Shown piece after piece: positions 47,332 through 56,191 of a stretch of 64,000 nt of DNA; position 1 is the stretch's first letter, and the number at the start of each line of letters is the position of its first letter. The notes under the pieces were generated by a model. It searched no databases and was not told the DNA's origin. It worked only from the letters and a program-made list of their open reading frames with translations. A program made the position numbers and the translations under genes. This DNA comes from Parcubacteria group bacterium LiPW_30 (GTDB lineage Bacteria; Patescibacteriota; Minisyncoccia; Phycocordibacterales; VMEP01). The stretch is from contig VMEP01000001.1 in the NCBI GenBank assembly GCA_007375595.1, positions 178,816 through 242,815 on the forward strand, given 5' to 3'.

Positions 47332-47474
47332 GCGGGATGGGAGAATCGAAAGCCGGAGCGCGACGGTGCGAGGCGGGCTTAATTGCGATAAGTGAAACAA
47401 TTGAGAGACGGAGGCTGACGAGCCGAGTTGGGGTCGCCGAAGCAAATTATCCGTGACCGATTCCCATCCCGCAC
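47332..47474 (+). repeat. tRNA-tail element copy 4 (19-nt exact antisense of tRNA-Gly(UCC) 3' end + core + body shared with copy 2 + near-exact sense copy of tRNA 3' end)
   Basis: gcgggatgggagaatcgaa is the reverse complement of ttcgattctcccatcccgc. Right end cgtgaccgattcccatcccgcac. Confidence 0.7.
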
Positions 47475-47484
47475 AAAAAAATAA

Positions 47485-47516
47485 AAAACCGCATTCATGC
47501 GGTCTTTTATTTTTAG
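47485..47516 (-). terminator. rho-independent terminator of hup
   Basis: accgca-ttca-tgcggt hairpin followed on minus strand by a T-run. Confidence 0.5.
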
Positions 47517-47529
47517 AGATGAGTGAATG

Positions 47530-47802
47530 TTACTTCACTGCGTCTTTCAAACCCTTGCCTGCGCGGAACTTAGGAACGTTCATTGCTGGTACGTTTACTG
47601 GTTCGCCAGTGCGAGGATTTCGGGCGGTTCTTGCTGCGCGTTTCTTTACAACGAATGTTCCGAAACCTGCAACAGAGACCTCATCACCTTTCTTTAGTGA
47701 TTTTACGATCGAGTCAAACACTGTCTCAACAGCTTGTTCTGCAGAAACTTTTGTTCCGCCTAACACTGCATGGACTGCGTCGACGATTGCTGCTTTATTC
47801 AT
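47530..47802 (-). CDS. hup: DNA-binding protein HU
   Basis: 90 aa. GFGTF and RNPRTGE arm motifs. Confidence 0.9.
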   Translation of the reverse strand: MNKAAIVDAVHAVLGGTKVSAEQAVETVFDSIVKSLKKGDEVSVAGFGTFVVKKRAARTARNPRTGEPVNVPAMNVPKFRAGKGLKDAVK

Positions 47803-48066
47803 TTTTTTAAGTAGCTACTTAAACGATTAATAATGCTCGACCGAGTTTTATTATGGTCATACACGCGTATGAACCGCCTTAAGACCACGCAAACATTATA
47901 TATCAGGCCGTTTTTTAGGCAACAGCAATAAAGCAACAAAAGGTTATTGGTTGAAAAATGGGGAAGAAAAAATTGAAAAAGGGGAACAATTGGGGTGATA
48001 TTCTACAACAAAAAAACTAGGAGTGCTCCTAGTTTTTTTGTTGTAGAATATAGGTTTTTTGACTTT

Positions 48067-49596
48067 TTATCTTGCGTATTCAATAACACGAGATTCGCGG
48101 ATGACATTTATCTTTATTTCACCTGGGTATTTCAATTCTTTCTCAACACGAAGGGCAATTTCTTGCGCCATCTTCTTGGCTTCAAGGTCGCTAACTTTTT
48201 CAGGGTAAACAAAAATACGAACTTCTCTTCCAGCTTGAAGTGCGTAAGTTTTTTCAACGCCTTCAAAAGAATTTGCTATAGCCTCAAGATCACCCAATCT
48301 CTTTAGGTAGTTTTCTGCGGTATCGCGACGTGCTCCAGGGCGACCACCAGAAATTGCATCGGCCGTTTGAACAATTATTGATTCAATTGTTTCGTAAGGG
48401 TACTCATCATGATGTGATTGCATTGCTTGAATAATACGAACATCAGCGCCGTACTTCTGAAGGATGCGCCTGCCGATATCAACATGAGTTCCTTGCACTT
48501 CATGGTCGACGGCCTTACCAATATCATGCAAAAGAGCTCCGGCTTTAGCGATTGTGACGTCACCGCCCAATTCTTCTGCAAGCATTCCGGAAATATGTGC
48601 CATTTCTAGTGAGTGCTGAAGAACATTTTGTCCGTAACTTGTGCGGAAATATAATCTTCCTAAAATCGCGATGATTCGTGGGTCAACATTAAACAATCCG
48701 CATTCGTAAACAGCTTGTTCTCCTTTTTCTTTAATTATTTTATGGATTTCATTTTTTGCTTTTTCAACCATCTCTTCAATTTTTACTGGCTGAATGCGAC
48801 CATCAAGAATTAAGTTCTCGAGCGCGACTCGGGCAATTTGCCTGCGAACAGGATCGAAAGAGGAAATTATGATGTAACCAGGAGTATCGTCGACAATAAG
48901 CTCGACTCCAGCAGCGCGCTCAAATGCCCGAATATTTCTTCCTTCTTTTCCGATAATTTTCCCCTTAACTTCGTCCGATGGAATTGTGACGTTTGTCGTC
49001 ATTATTTCAGCAGCAGTTGAGGAAGCAAGGCGTTGTATTGACGTGGCTAAAATATCCTTTGCCTTACGATCAAGACGCTCGGCATTGGCTGTTTCTAGTT
49101 TTTGCATGCGGATAAGCATGTCTTCCTCGTACCTTTTTTCTAGGGTAGCAAAAAGTTCCGCCCGCGCTTCTTCTTCCGTAAGCTTTGTTACGCGCTCAAG
49201 TTCACTTTGGTGCTTTAACAAAATTTCTTCAGTTTCTTCTTTAACCTTTGCGACTTCTTCGATTTTGTTTTTTAAACTCTCTGCCTCCTTACTAATATCA
49301 ACTTGGCGTTGATCAAGAAGACTCTCTTTGTTAATGAGGCGTTCTTCTGTCTTTTTAAATTCTGCATCGTGCTTTTTCTCTTCTTCGCGGAGCTCCTCCA
49401 TTCTTGTCTCCGCCTTTTTTACCGCTTCGTTTACGATTTTACCGGCCTCTTCTTTGGCCTGGAGAGTCATCTGCTTGATTTGAAGCTCCATGGACCCCTT
49501 TTTCCCCAAAAGGACGAGCCAGCGCAAAATATAACCGATTGCGATACCCGCTACACCAGCTACGGCGACTAGCGCCAAAACTATCTTAAGACTCAT
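48067..49596 (-). CDS. rny: ribonuclease Y (TM anchor + KH + HD domains)
   Basis: N-terminal TM, long coiled coil, KH (GKIIGKEGRNIR), HD domain (HSLEMAHISG...LLHDIGK). Confidence 0.85.
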   Translation of the reverse strand: MSLKIVLALVAVAGVAGIAIGYILRWLVLLGKKGSMELQIKQMTLQAKEEAGKIVNEAVKKAETRMEELREEEKKHDAEFKKTEERLINKESLLDQRQVDISKEAESLKNKIEEVAKVKEETEEILLKHQSELERVTKLTEEEARAELFATLEKRYEEDMLIRMQKLETANAERLDRKAKDILATSIQRLASSTAAEIMTTNVTIPSDEVKGKIIGKEGRNIRAFERAAGVELIVDDTPGYIIISSFDPVRRQIARVALENLILDGRIQPVKIEEMVEKAKNEIHKIIKEKGEQAVYECGLFNVDPRIIAILGRLYFRTSYGQNVLQHSLEMAHISGMLAEELGGDVTIAKAGALLHDIGKAVDHEVQGTHVDIGRRILQKYGADVRIIQAMQSHHDEYPYETIESIIVQTADAISGGRPGARRDTAENYLKRLGDLEAIANSFEGVEKTYALQAGREVRIFVYPEKVSDLEAKKMAQEIALRVEKELKYPGEIKINVIRESRVIEYAR

Positions 49597-49761
49597 AAGC
49601 GATCAGGAATCGCTCGCAAAAACGTTGCAATTATTAGGTTTTTTGACTATTACTTAGTGTGTTTTCCAGAATGTAATTCATACAGAGGCTAAAACCGAAC
49701 GTTTGTTTCAAGTGATTCATTTTAATTTATTAAGTGAACAAATCTATTCTATCATTGTCAA

Positions 49762-49804
49762 TAGTAAAAGTAAAAATGGCCATTTCTGGCCATTTTTACT
49801 TTTA
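49762..49804 (-). terminator. rho-independent terminator of clpP
   Basis: Extended palindrome gtaaaaatggccatttctggccatttttac with T-runs. Confidence 0.5.
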
Positions 49805-50398
49805 CTATTTTCCGTTACTGATGCGAGTTTTGATAATATCGTCGATTAATCCGTATTTTTTAGCTTCTTCTGCCGACATGTAGTAGTCACGATCGACATC
49901 TTTCTCGATTTGGGAAATTGGTTGCCCTGTGTTTTTAGAGAGAATTTTATTAAGAGAGTCTTTTGTTTTTAAAATATGCTTTGCGGAGATGGCAATGTCT
50001 GATGCTTGTCCTTCTGTGCCACCCATTGGTTGGTGAATCATAACCTCGGCGTTTGGAAGTACAAAACGCTTTCCTTTTGCGCCAGCGGAGAGAAGCACTG
50101 CGCCCATTGAGGCGGCAATACCAACACAAATAGTTGAAACGTCTGGCTTGATGAAATTCATAGTGTCCAAAATAGCAAGTCCTGCTGTGACATGTCCTCC
50201 GGGAGAATTAATGTAGAGGGAAATATCTTTTTTAGGATCTTCGTTTTCAAGAAAGATTAATTGGGCAATGACTATGTTTGCTGTGTGGTCATCAATTGGT
50301 CCGCCTAAGAAAATAATACGGTCACGTAAAAGACGCGAATAGATGTCGTATGCGCGTTCCCCATATTGCGATTTCTCGATAACTGTTGGTATTAACAT
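49805..50398 (-). CDS. clpP: ATP-dependent Clp protease proteolytic subunit
   Basis: 197 aa. Catalytic Ser context GIAASMGA, His and Asp conserved. [11 protein letters not shown] signature. Confidence 0.9.
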   Translation of the reverse strand: MLIPTVIEKSQYGERAYDIYSRLLRDRIIFLGGPIDDHTANIVIAQLIFLENEDPKKDISLYINSPGGHVTAGLAILDTMNFIKPDVSTICVGIAASMGAVLLSAGAKGKRFVLPNAEVMIHQPMGGTEGQASDIAISAKHILKTKDSLNKILSKNTGQPISQIEKDVDRDYYMSAEEAKKYGLIDDIIKTRISNGK

Positions 50399-50500
50399 AT
50401 AATTAAATTTATTTAGCTTACGGCCTTTAAAGTTAGATTATAGCAGAACTAAAAAACTGGCAAACTTAGCAATATTTACAAATAGGTATATTAATTTATA

Positions 50501-51205
50501 GTGAGCGCCATGAGATTACATAGATTTTTTGTAGAACAAGAAATAGGGGACAAAAAAACCCTTGAAATAAAGGAAGAGAGGATTTTGTACCAATGGAGAA
50601 ATGTTTTACGTTTCTCTCCTCTAGATAAGGTTATTTTGTTTGATGGAAAGGGTAGTGATTTTTTGTGTGAAATTAATATTCTTACAAAAAACGAAGCAAA
50701 GCTTTCCGTATTAGAAAAAATGAAGGGGATTATCTCAGAGAGAAAGATCACACTCTTTGTTTCTTTAATTAAGCGGGAAAATTTTGAACTTGTACTTGAG
50801 AAGGCGACAGAGCTTGGTGTGTCGCATATCGTCCCTGTTGTTGCCGAGAGGAGTGAAAAGAAATCTTTTAATTACGAAAGAAGCGCTAAGATTATAGTTG
50901 AAGCAAGTGAACAGTCTGGGAGAGCTGACATTCCGGTTCTTAGCGAAGAAGTAAAACCGGAAGAAGCTGTCAATAAGTACAAAAAAGAATTAAATCTTTT
51001 TGCTTTTGATCCAACTGGTTCGGATTTGTACAAAACAATAGTTAAAAACGACAATCTCGGATTGTTTATTGGCCCTGAAGGTGGGTTCACACTAAAAGAG
51101 CTAGATTTTTTTAAGGAAAATGAAATTCCAGTCGTAAAATTATGTGAACAGATTCTTCGGGCAGAAACAGCAAGTATTGTTGCTATTTCTTTAATTACGT
51201 TTTAG
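50501..51205 (+). CDS. rsmE: 16S rRNA (uracil1498-N3)-methyltransferase RsmE
   Basis: MRLHRFFV N-terminus (PUA-like) and C-terminal SPOUT domain (GPEGGF). Confidence 0.8.
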   Translation: MSAMRLHRFFVEQEIGDKKTLEIKEERILYQWRNVLRFSPLDKVILFDGKGSDFLCEINILTKNEAKLSVLEKMKGIISERKITLFVSLIKRENFELVLEKATELGVSHIVPVVAERSEKKSFNYERSAKIIVEASEQSGRADIPVLSEEVKPEEAVNKYKKELNLFAFDPTGSDLYKTIVKNDNLGLFIGPEGGFTLKELDFFKENEIPVVKLCEQILRAETASIVAISLITF

Positions 51206-51207
51206 TT

Positions 51208-52242
51208 TTACTTTTGTGCTTCTAAAAACTCAATAACCTTTTGGTTAGACATAATTCCCTCAAGGTACACTTCTGCTCGCTCACGATCGGCGCCAATATT
51301 GTGCTCAAGTAAGTGTTTCAATTCTTTCTCAAGTTCTTCTTTGGGAACTTCTATTTTTTCCGTACGAGCGATTTCAGCGAGGATGAGTTCTGTTTTTACA
51401 CGTTTTTCAGCATCTTTAGCCCAGTCTTTTTTGATATCTTCTTCTGTTTTCTTAACGTTTTTGAGGTATTCATCGAATTTTAGCCCGAGTTTTTCGACAT
51501 CATATTGTAGACGGGTAAGCATTTTTCTCTGTTCTTCCTCAACAAGAATTATTGGAATCTCCACTTCTGTTTTTTCGGCAATAGCATCTAGAATTGCAAC
51601 TCGCATTTTCTCTTTATGGGCCTGCTCTTTTTCAAACTTAATGTTTTCTTTTAGTTTTTCCTTAAAGTCTGCAACATTTTCAAATTTACCAAGTGTTTTT
51701 ACGAACTCATCGTTTAGTTCTGGTAACAATGGTTCCACGGCTTCTTCTCCGTCTTTTAACTCAACTTTAGGGGCGCGTGCTTTCTGAATCTCTTTTATGG
51801 TGTCTTCAATTTCTTTTTCATCCACAACAACAGCCTCATCTTTTGAGAGTTCTTTTTTGGCGATTGATTTGTAATTCGCAAGCTTAACTTCTGGAAATAC
51901 AGCTGTTTTTAGTTTAAAGGAAAGGGGATTTCCTTTTGCAATTTTTGTTATAGATACTTCAGGGCGTCCAATTGGGTCAATTTTATTTTCAGTAATTATT
52001 TTTGGGTAAGCATCTCGTATGGCGAATTCAGCCATTTCTTCTAGGATAGCCATTTCCCCGAGCTTTTGAGTAAGGATTTCTTCTGAAGCCTTTCCTTTTC
52101 TAAACCCCGGTATTTCAACCTGTTCTGCTAAATGCACAACAGCTTTTTTTCTAAATGATTCAAAAACATCGGCAGTTATTTCTGCCTCAATTTCAATTTC
52201 TGAATTTTTAAGTTTATTTATTGTTGCTTTCATAGCGAGCAT
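51208..52242 (-). CDS. tig: trigger factor (ribosome-binding and C-terminal chaperone domains; PPIase domain apparently absent)
   Basis: N-terminal GFRKGK ribosome-binding signature. 344 aa versus ~430 typical. Near clpP as in the tig-clpP cluster. Confidence 0.75.
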   Translation of the reverse strand: MLAMKATINKLKNSEIEIEAEITADVFESFRKKAVVHLAEQVEIPGFRKGKASEEILTQKLGEMAILEEMAEFAIRDAYPKIITENKIDPIGRPEVSITKIAKGNPLSFKLKTAVFPEVKLANYKSIAKKELSKDEAVVVDEKEIEDTIKEIQKARAPKVELKDGEEAVEPLLPELNDEFVKTLGKFENVADFKEKLKENIKFEKEQAHKEKMRVAILDAIAEKTEVEIPIILVEEEQRKMLTRLQYDVEKLGLKFDEYLKNVKKTEEDIKKDWAKDAEKRVKTELILAEIARTEKIEVPKEELEKELKHLLEHNIGADRERAEVYLEGIMSNQKVIEFLEAQK

Positions 52243-52269
52243 CCTACCCGAAAAAGGTATCTAAAGTCA

Positions 52270-52300
52270 AAACAAAAACCCGCTTAATGCGGGTTTTTGT
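52270..52300. terminator. bidirectional terminator (tig / downstream gene)
   Basis: aaaaacccgcttaatgcgggttttt. Confidence 0.5.
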
Positions 52301-52320
52301 GAGCTGCTCGAAGAGTCTTT

Positions 52321-52623
52321 TTATTGAAGTAACTCGCTTTCGATGTTTTTTACATCAGCATCTGTTGCTGTTGATGAGTCAACGGCCCCCAAATCGGCCT
52401 CAATCTGAGCGAGGTCGTTTGTTACTGGAACCTGCGCGGTGTTTTCCTGGGTGGTTGGCACAACATCGCTAGATTGCCAAACATAATATCCTCCAACCGC
52501 AAGAACTAACACAATAATAATAATTGCGATTACTCCACCAACTCCACCTTTTTCTTCCACCGGAGAAGGTGTCGGAGTAGAACTTACTTGATTTACTGAA
52601 TTTATGTCGTTTATTGGTTCCAT
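52321..52623 (-). CDS. small single-TM protein
   Basis: 100 aa ORF with a central hydrophobic helix GVIAIIIIVLVLAVGGYYVW. Confidence 0.4.
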   Translation of the reverse strand: MEPINDINSVNQVSSTPTPSPVEEKGGVGGVIAIIIIVLVLAVGGYYVWQSSDVVPTTQENTAQVPVTNDLAQIEADLGAVDSSTATDADVKNIESELLQ

Positions 52624-52656
52624 ATTTTTCTATTTTATGTTAATAAATTTATTTTT

Positions 52657-53628
52657 TTACTGTGTTGTTGAGGTTGCTGTAGTTGTTGCAGTCACAGTGG
52701 TTGGTGTTTGTGTTGCAACTTTTTTAACTTCTGGAATCACTTTTCCGCTCAATTCTTTGCGTGCTTCTTCAATTGCGTCGCTTGCCTCGTCCGCCGATTT
52801 CTTTATTTGCTCTGTAATAGATTTAACATTTTCTTTGGTCACGGTACCAGAAAGTGATTCTACTAATGTCTTTGTCGCTGTTACTTTTTGCGTAGCTATA
52901 TCAATTTTTGCTTGAGCCAAAGAAAGGGCTACTTTTGCGCTTGAGGTATCTAGCCCTTTGTTTTCAAAGTTAATTAGAACACGCTCAATGTTTGAAACAG
53001 ATTTGTTTAGAGATTCTATTCTTGAAGTTAGGTTGTTTGCCCTTAATCCAAAATAGTTTTTACTAAGACCTATTTTTTGTTCTTTAATCTTTTCGTTAAC
53101 TTCTCTTCTTATTGATGTTGATGAAGCAATGTTTAGTTGTTCACGAAGGTTTTTGACTTGAGAAAAATCTTCCTTTGCTTGTTCGCGTGCTTTTTCAAAG
53201 GCTTCTTTCGCTTGTTCAACTGCCTTCTTCTGTGTTTCGCGTGCTTCTTCTAGGGCCTTTTTCCTATTCTCGCGGATTTTTTCCATCTCTTCCCTTAGTA
53301 ATTGAGATGAAGTTGCGTTTGTTATTGTAGGAATAAAGTTTTTTCTGGCATCTTTCGCTTCTTCGCGTGCTTTTTCCTGGATGTTCTTCATATCTTCCCT
53401 TTTCTTTTCGGCAGCATCCTTGGCTGCTTCTCTATTTTTTTCTTGTAGGTCTTTCAGCTCCTCCCTTTTTTTCTCCGCGGCCGTCTTTGCTTCCTCTCTT
53501 GCTTCTTTTATTGCCTGACTACTTTCAATAGAGGTCGTTGTGACGGGGGCCGTGGTTGTTTCTTCTGCGATTGCATTAGAGACAAAAATTAAACTGAGCA
53601 CAATTAATGGAATGATTTTTTTATTCAT
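52657..53628 (-). CDS. secreted K/E/A-rich coiled-coil repeat protein
   Basis: Signal peptide then repeated EKKREELKDLQEK / EKAREEAKDARK heptad-like repeats. Confidence 0.5.
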   Translation of the reverse strand: MNKKIIPLIVLSLIFVSNAIAEETTTAPVTTTSIESSQAIKEAREEAKTAAEKKREELKDLQEKNREAAKDAAEKKREDMKNIQEKAREEAKDARKNFIPTITNATSSQLLREEMEKIRENRKKALEEARETQKKAVEQAKEAFEKAREQAKEDFSQVKNLREQLNIASSTSIRREVNEKIKEQKIGLSKNYFGLRANNLTSRIESLNKSVSNIERVLINFENKGLDTSSAKVALSLAQAKIDIATQKVTATKTLVESLSGTVTKENVKSITEQIKKSADEASDAIEEARKELSGKVIPEVKKVATQTPTTVTATTTATSTTQ

Positions 53629-53751
53629 AAAAATTTAAATATTAATAATAACCAAAACGAAATGTTTGTTTCGATATTATAGCAAAAAAAGAGCAATCTT
53701 AATGATGCTCTTTTCCTGTGGAAAACTTTAAGCGCTTAATAGTAAGGAGAT

Positions 53752-54282
53752 TTAGGAGTTTTTGTTGTATTTTTCTTGGTACAAAGCAACTGAACGTTCA
53801 AAGTCTTTCATTGCTTCTTCTTTTTCTTGCCAATCACCAACAGTAACTTTTTTATTTTGAAGTTCCTTGTAAACAGCAAAAAAATGTTTTATTTCATCAA
53901 GAAGATGAGGTTCAATATCATGAATATTGGTAGTGTTGTTAAATCGGGGATCATCTGCTGGAACCGCTAATAGTTTTGCATCGTCGTCTCCGCCATCGTT
54001 CATTGGGAGAACTCCGATTGGTCTCGATTTTACGAGACACCCTGGAATAAATGCTTCGTGGGCGAGAACTAAGACATCAAGTGGGTCTCCGTCATCCCAG
54101 AGTGTGTTAGGTACAAATCCGTAGTTTGCGGGATAATGCATTGGAGAATAAAGAACACGGTCAAACTTAATGAGACCAGTTTCTTTATCCAATTCATACT
54201 TAACACGGGAGAGTTTTGGGATTTCGATGACCACATTCATGTGTTCTTTTGTCCCAGGTTTTACGTCATGCCAAATGTTCAT
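53752..54282 (-). CDS. ppa: inorganic pyrophosphatase (family I)
   Basis: DGDPLDVLV signature, 176 aa. Confidence 0.9.
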   Translation of the reverse strand: MNIWHDVKPGTKEHMNVVIEIPKLSRVKYELDKETGLIKFDRVLYSPMHYPANYGFVPNTLWDDGDPLDVLVLAHEAFIPGCLVKSRPIGVLPMNDGGDDDAKLLAVPADDPRFNNTTNIHDIEPHLLDEIKHFFAVYKELQNKKVTVGDWQEKEEAMKDFERSVALYQEKYNKNS

Positions 54283-54304
54283 TTTTTTGTTTTTATTTAT
54301 CTAC

Positions 54305-55537
54305 CTACTCAGTAGTCTCTTTTGTTAAATTTTCACCAACCTCAATCTCTTCTGGGGCACCGAATTCAGCTTTAGCGTCTTCTGTCATTTCGATAACGTC
54401 GCCGTCTGTTTTAAGGATTTCTTCCCCTTTAGGACTGACGATGTCTATTCTCCACCCAGTTAGTTTGTTGGCGAGGCGAACATTTTGGCCACCTTTACCA
54501 ATTGCAAGAGATAATTGGTCTTCTGAAACCTCAACACGAGCCTGTCTTTCTGTTTCATCAATAAGGACACTAGTTACTCTTGCTGGAGATAGTGCATCAG
54601 CAACAAAGCGCTTTGGATCCTCTGACCACTCAATAATATCTATTTTTTCACCGGATAGTTCTTGGATAACAGTTGAGACGCGAACTCCGCGTTGTCCGAC
54701 ACAGGCTCCGATTGGGTCAACATGCTGATCTGTAGAAGAAACAGCAATCTTTGAGCGAGAACCAGCTTCGCGGGCAACGGCTTTGATCAAAACAACGCCA
54801 TTTGCGATTTCTGGTGACTCTAACTTAAAGAGTTCTTCTATAAAACGAGGATGAGTACGAGATAATTTTATGTTTATACCGCGTGGGGTTTCTTCGACAG
54901 CATACAAATATGCGCGAATACGTTCACCGCGACGATAGAATTCACCAGGGATTTGCTCCTCCATTGGCAAAATAGCTGTTGTGCGTCCGAGATCTAGAAA
55001 CGCGTTTCCACGCTCCATTCTCTGAACGATTCCAGAGATGATTGTTCCTTGTTTGTCCGAGTATTCTTCTAGAACAGAGAATTTCTCAGCCTCTCTAATG
55101 CGCTGAATGATAACTTGCTTAGCGCTTTGGGCGGCGATTCGTCCATAATCATCTTTTGTTTCAAGTGGGAAAACTATTTCTTCGCCTAAAACAGCATCCT
55201 TTTTGATTTTTTTAGCATCTGCAAGAAAGATGTGGTGCTCTGGATTATAGCGCTCGCGGATGTCTTCAGCGTCTTTTAGTCTTTCTTCTTCTGAGGCGTC
55301 TTCTGGAATAGGATCTTTAACAGTTGTTTCGTCTGCGATTATTTTTACCTGGAGAAAATCAGTTGCTCCAGTATCTAGGTCAAAACGAGCACGAACAATC
55401 TGTCCTTTTTTACCGTAGTCACGGCGATAGGCGGCAGCGAGGGCTTGTTCAATAGCATCTATTATTTTCTCTCTTGGAATCTTACGCTCCTCTTCCAGTT
55501 GTTCAAGGGCGGATTTTAAAACTTTTAGGTCCATCAT
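54305..55537 (-). CDS. nusA: transcription termination/antitermination factor NusA
   Basis: N-terminal domain, S1, two KH domains (GxxG motifs). ORF track start at 55603 is non-ATG; the ATGATG at 55537/55534 gives the canonical MMDLKVLKSALEQL N-terminus. Confidence 0.8.
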   Translation of the reverse strand: MMDLKVLKSALEQLEEERKIPREKIIDAIEQALAAAYRRDYGKKGQIVRARFDLDTGATDFLQVKIIADETTVKDPIPEDASEEERLKDAEDIRERYNPEHHIFLADAKKIKKDAVLGEEIVFPLETKDDYGRIAAQSAKQVIIQRIREAEKFSVLEEYSDKQGTIISGIVQRMERGNAFLDLGRTTAILPMEEQIPGEFYRRGERIRAYLYAVEETPRGINIKLSRTHPRFIEELFKLESPEIANGVVLIKAVAREAGSRSKIAVSSTDQHVDPIGACVGQRGVRVSTVIQELSGEKIDIIEWSEDPKRFVADALSPARVTSVLIDETERQARVEVSEDQLSLAIGKGGQNVRLANKLTGWRIDIVSPKGEEILKTDGDVIEMTEDAKAEFGAPEEIEVGENLTKETTE

Positions 55538-55690
55538 GTTGATAATTCTTAAATTTTTTGATAAAAAAATGCCCGTTTTTGACGGACTTGTTACTTGCCC
55601 CATGATACCAGGATTTTCAAAAAAAGCAAGTAGGTTGTATAATCTGCCACAGTTTTAAGTAAGACCACTTTTTAGTTAGACGGAGGACAG

Positions 55691-56044
55691 ATGGGAAAGT
55701 TCTTTTGTTTTTTTATAGGGCTACTTGCGACAGCTTCTTCGTTTGCTTTGCCGCCCTGGACTGGTGTTGAGGGGCCAGACGGTAATGTCGGCAAAATACC
55801 GTTTTCCACTAAACCAAGCACAGCCATAGTTTCTCTTGGTGAGTGGGACTGTGTTTTAAGGAGGGACGGAGAGGGTAAAATTAGGATGTTTTGTGTCCAT
55901 GCCACAGAGGGTACGAGAGAGTTTGTTGGCAGGGAGTATTTGATTAACCGATGTCCGGATAGTCCCGCATACATAAAATGGAAGAACGGCAACACGATTG
56001 ATCCGGAATACTTCCTTTACTTGTACAAGGAAAAATGTAGGTAA
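55691..56044 (+). CDS. small secreted Cys-containing protein
   Basis: Signal peptide MGKFFCFFIGLLATASSFA. 117 aa. Confidence 0.45.
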   Translation: MGKFFCFFIGLLATASSFALPPWTGVEGPDGNVGKIPFSTKPSTAIVSLGEWDCVLRRDGEGKIRMFCVHATEGTREFVGREYLINRCPDSPAYIKWKNGNTIDPEYFLYLYKEKCR

Positions 56045-56191
56045 ATTGACCCCGAGATTACAATTCCTTTTGGAATTGATTCGGGGTTTATTTTTTTGGC
56101 TAACATCAAATATAAAAAGAAATTTTGTGATTTAACAATAAGACACACACATTTTTATTAAATCCTGTTATAATTTAATTAACAGACTCCA

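Noticed and set aside
44609-47474. Interpreting tRNA-tail elements as ordinary integrase attL/attR scars of excised islands
   Set aside because: Four scars with the same about 27-nt core but different tRNA-specific antisense and sense arms are not explained by a single integrase att core. Kept as a finding with this alternative noted.
47453-47830. ORFs 47453..47830 (+) and 47583..47810 (+)
   Set aside because: Antisense shadows of the highly conserved hup gene.
55538-55603. N-terminal extension of nusA (MGQVTSPSK...)
   Set aside because: Non-ATG start. The canonical NusA N-terminus begins at the ATGATG at 55537.
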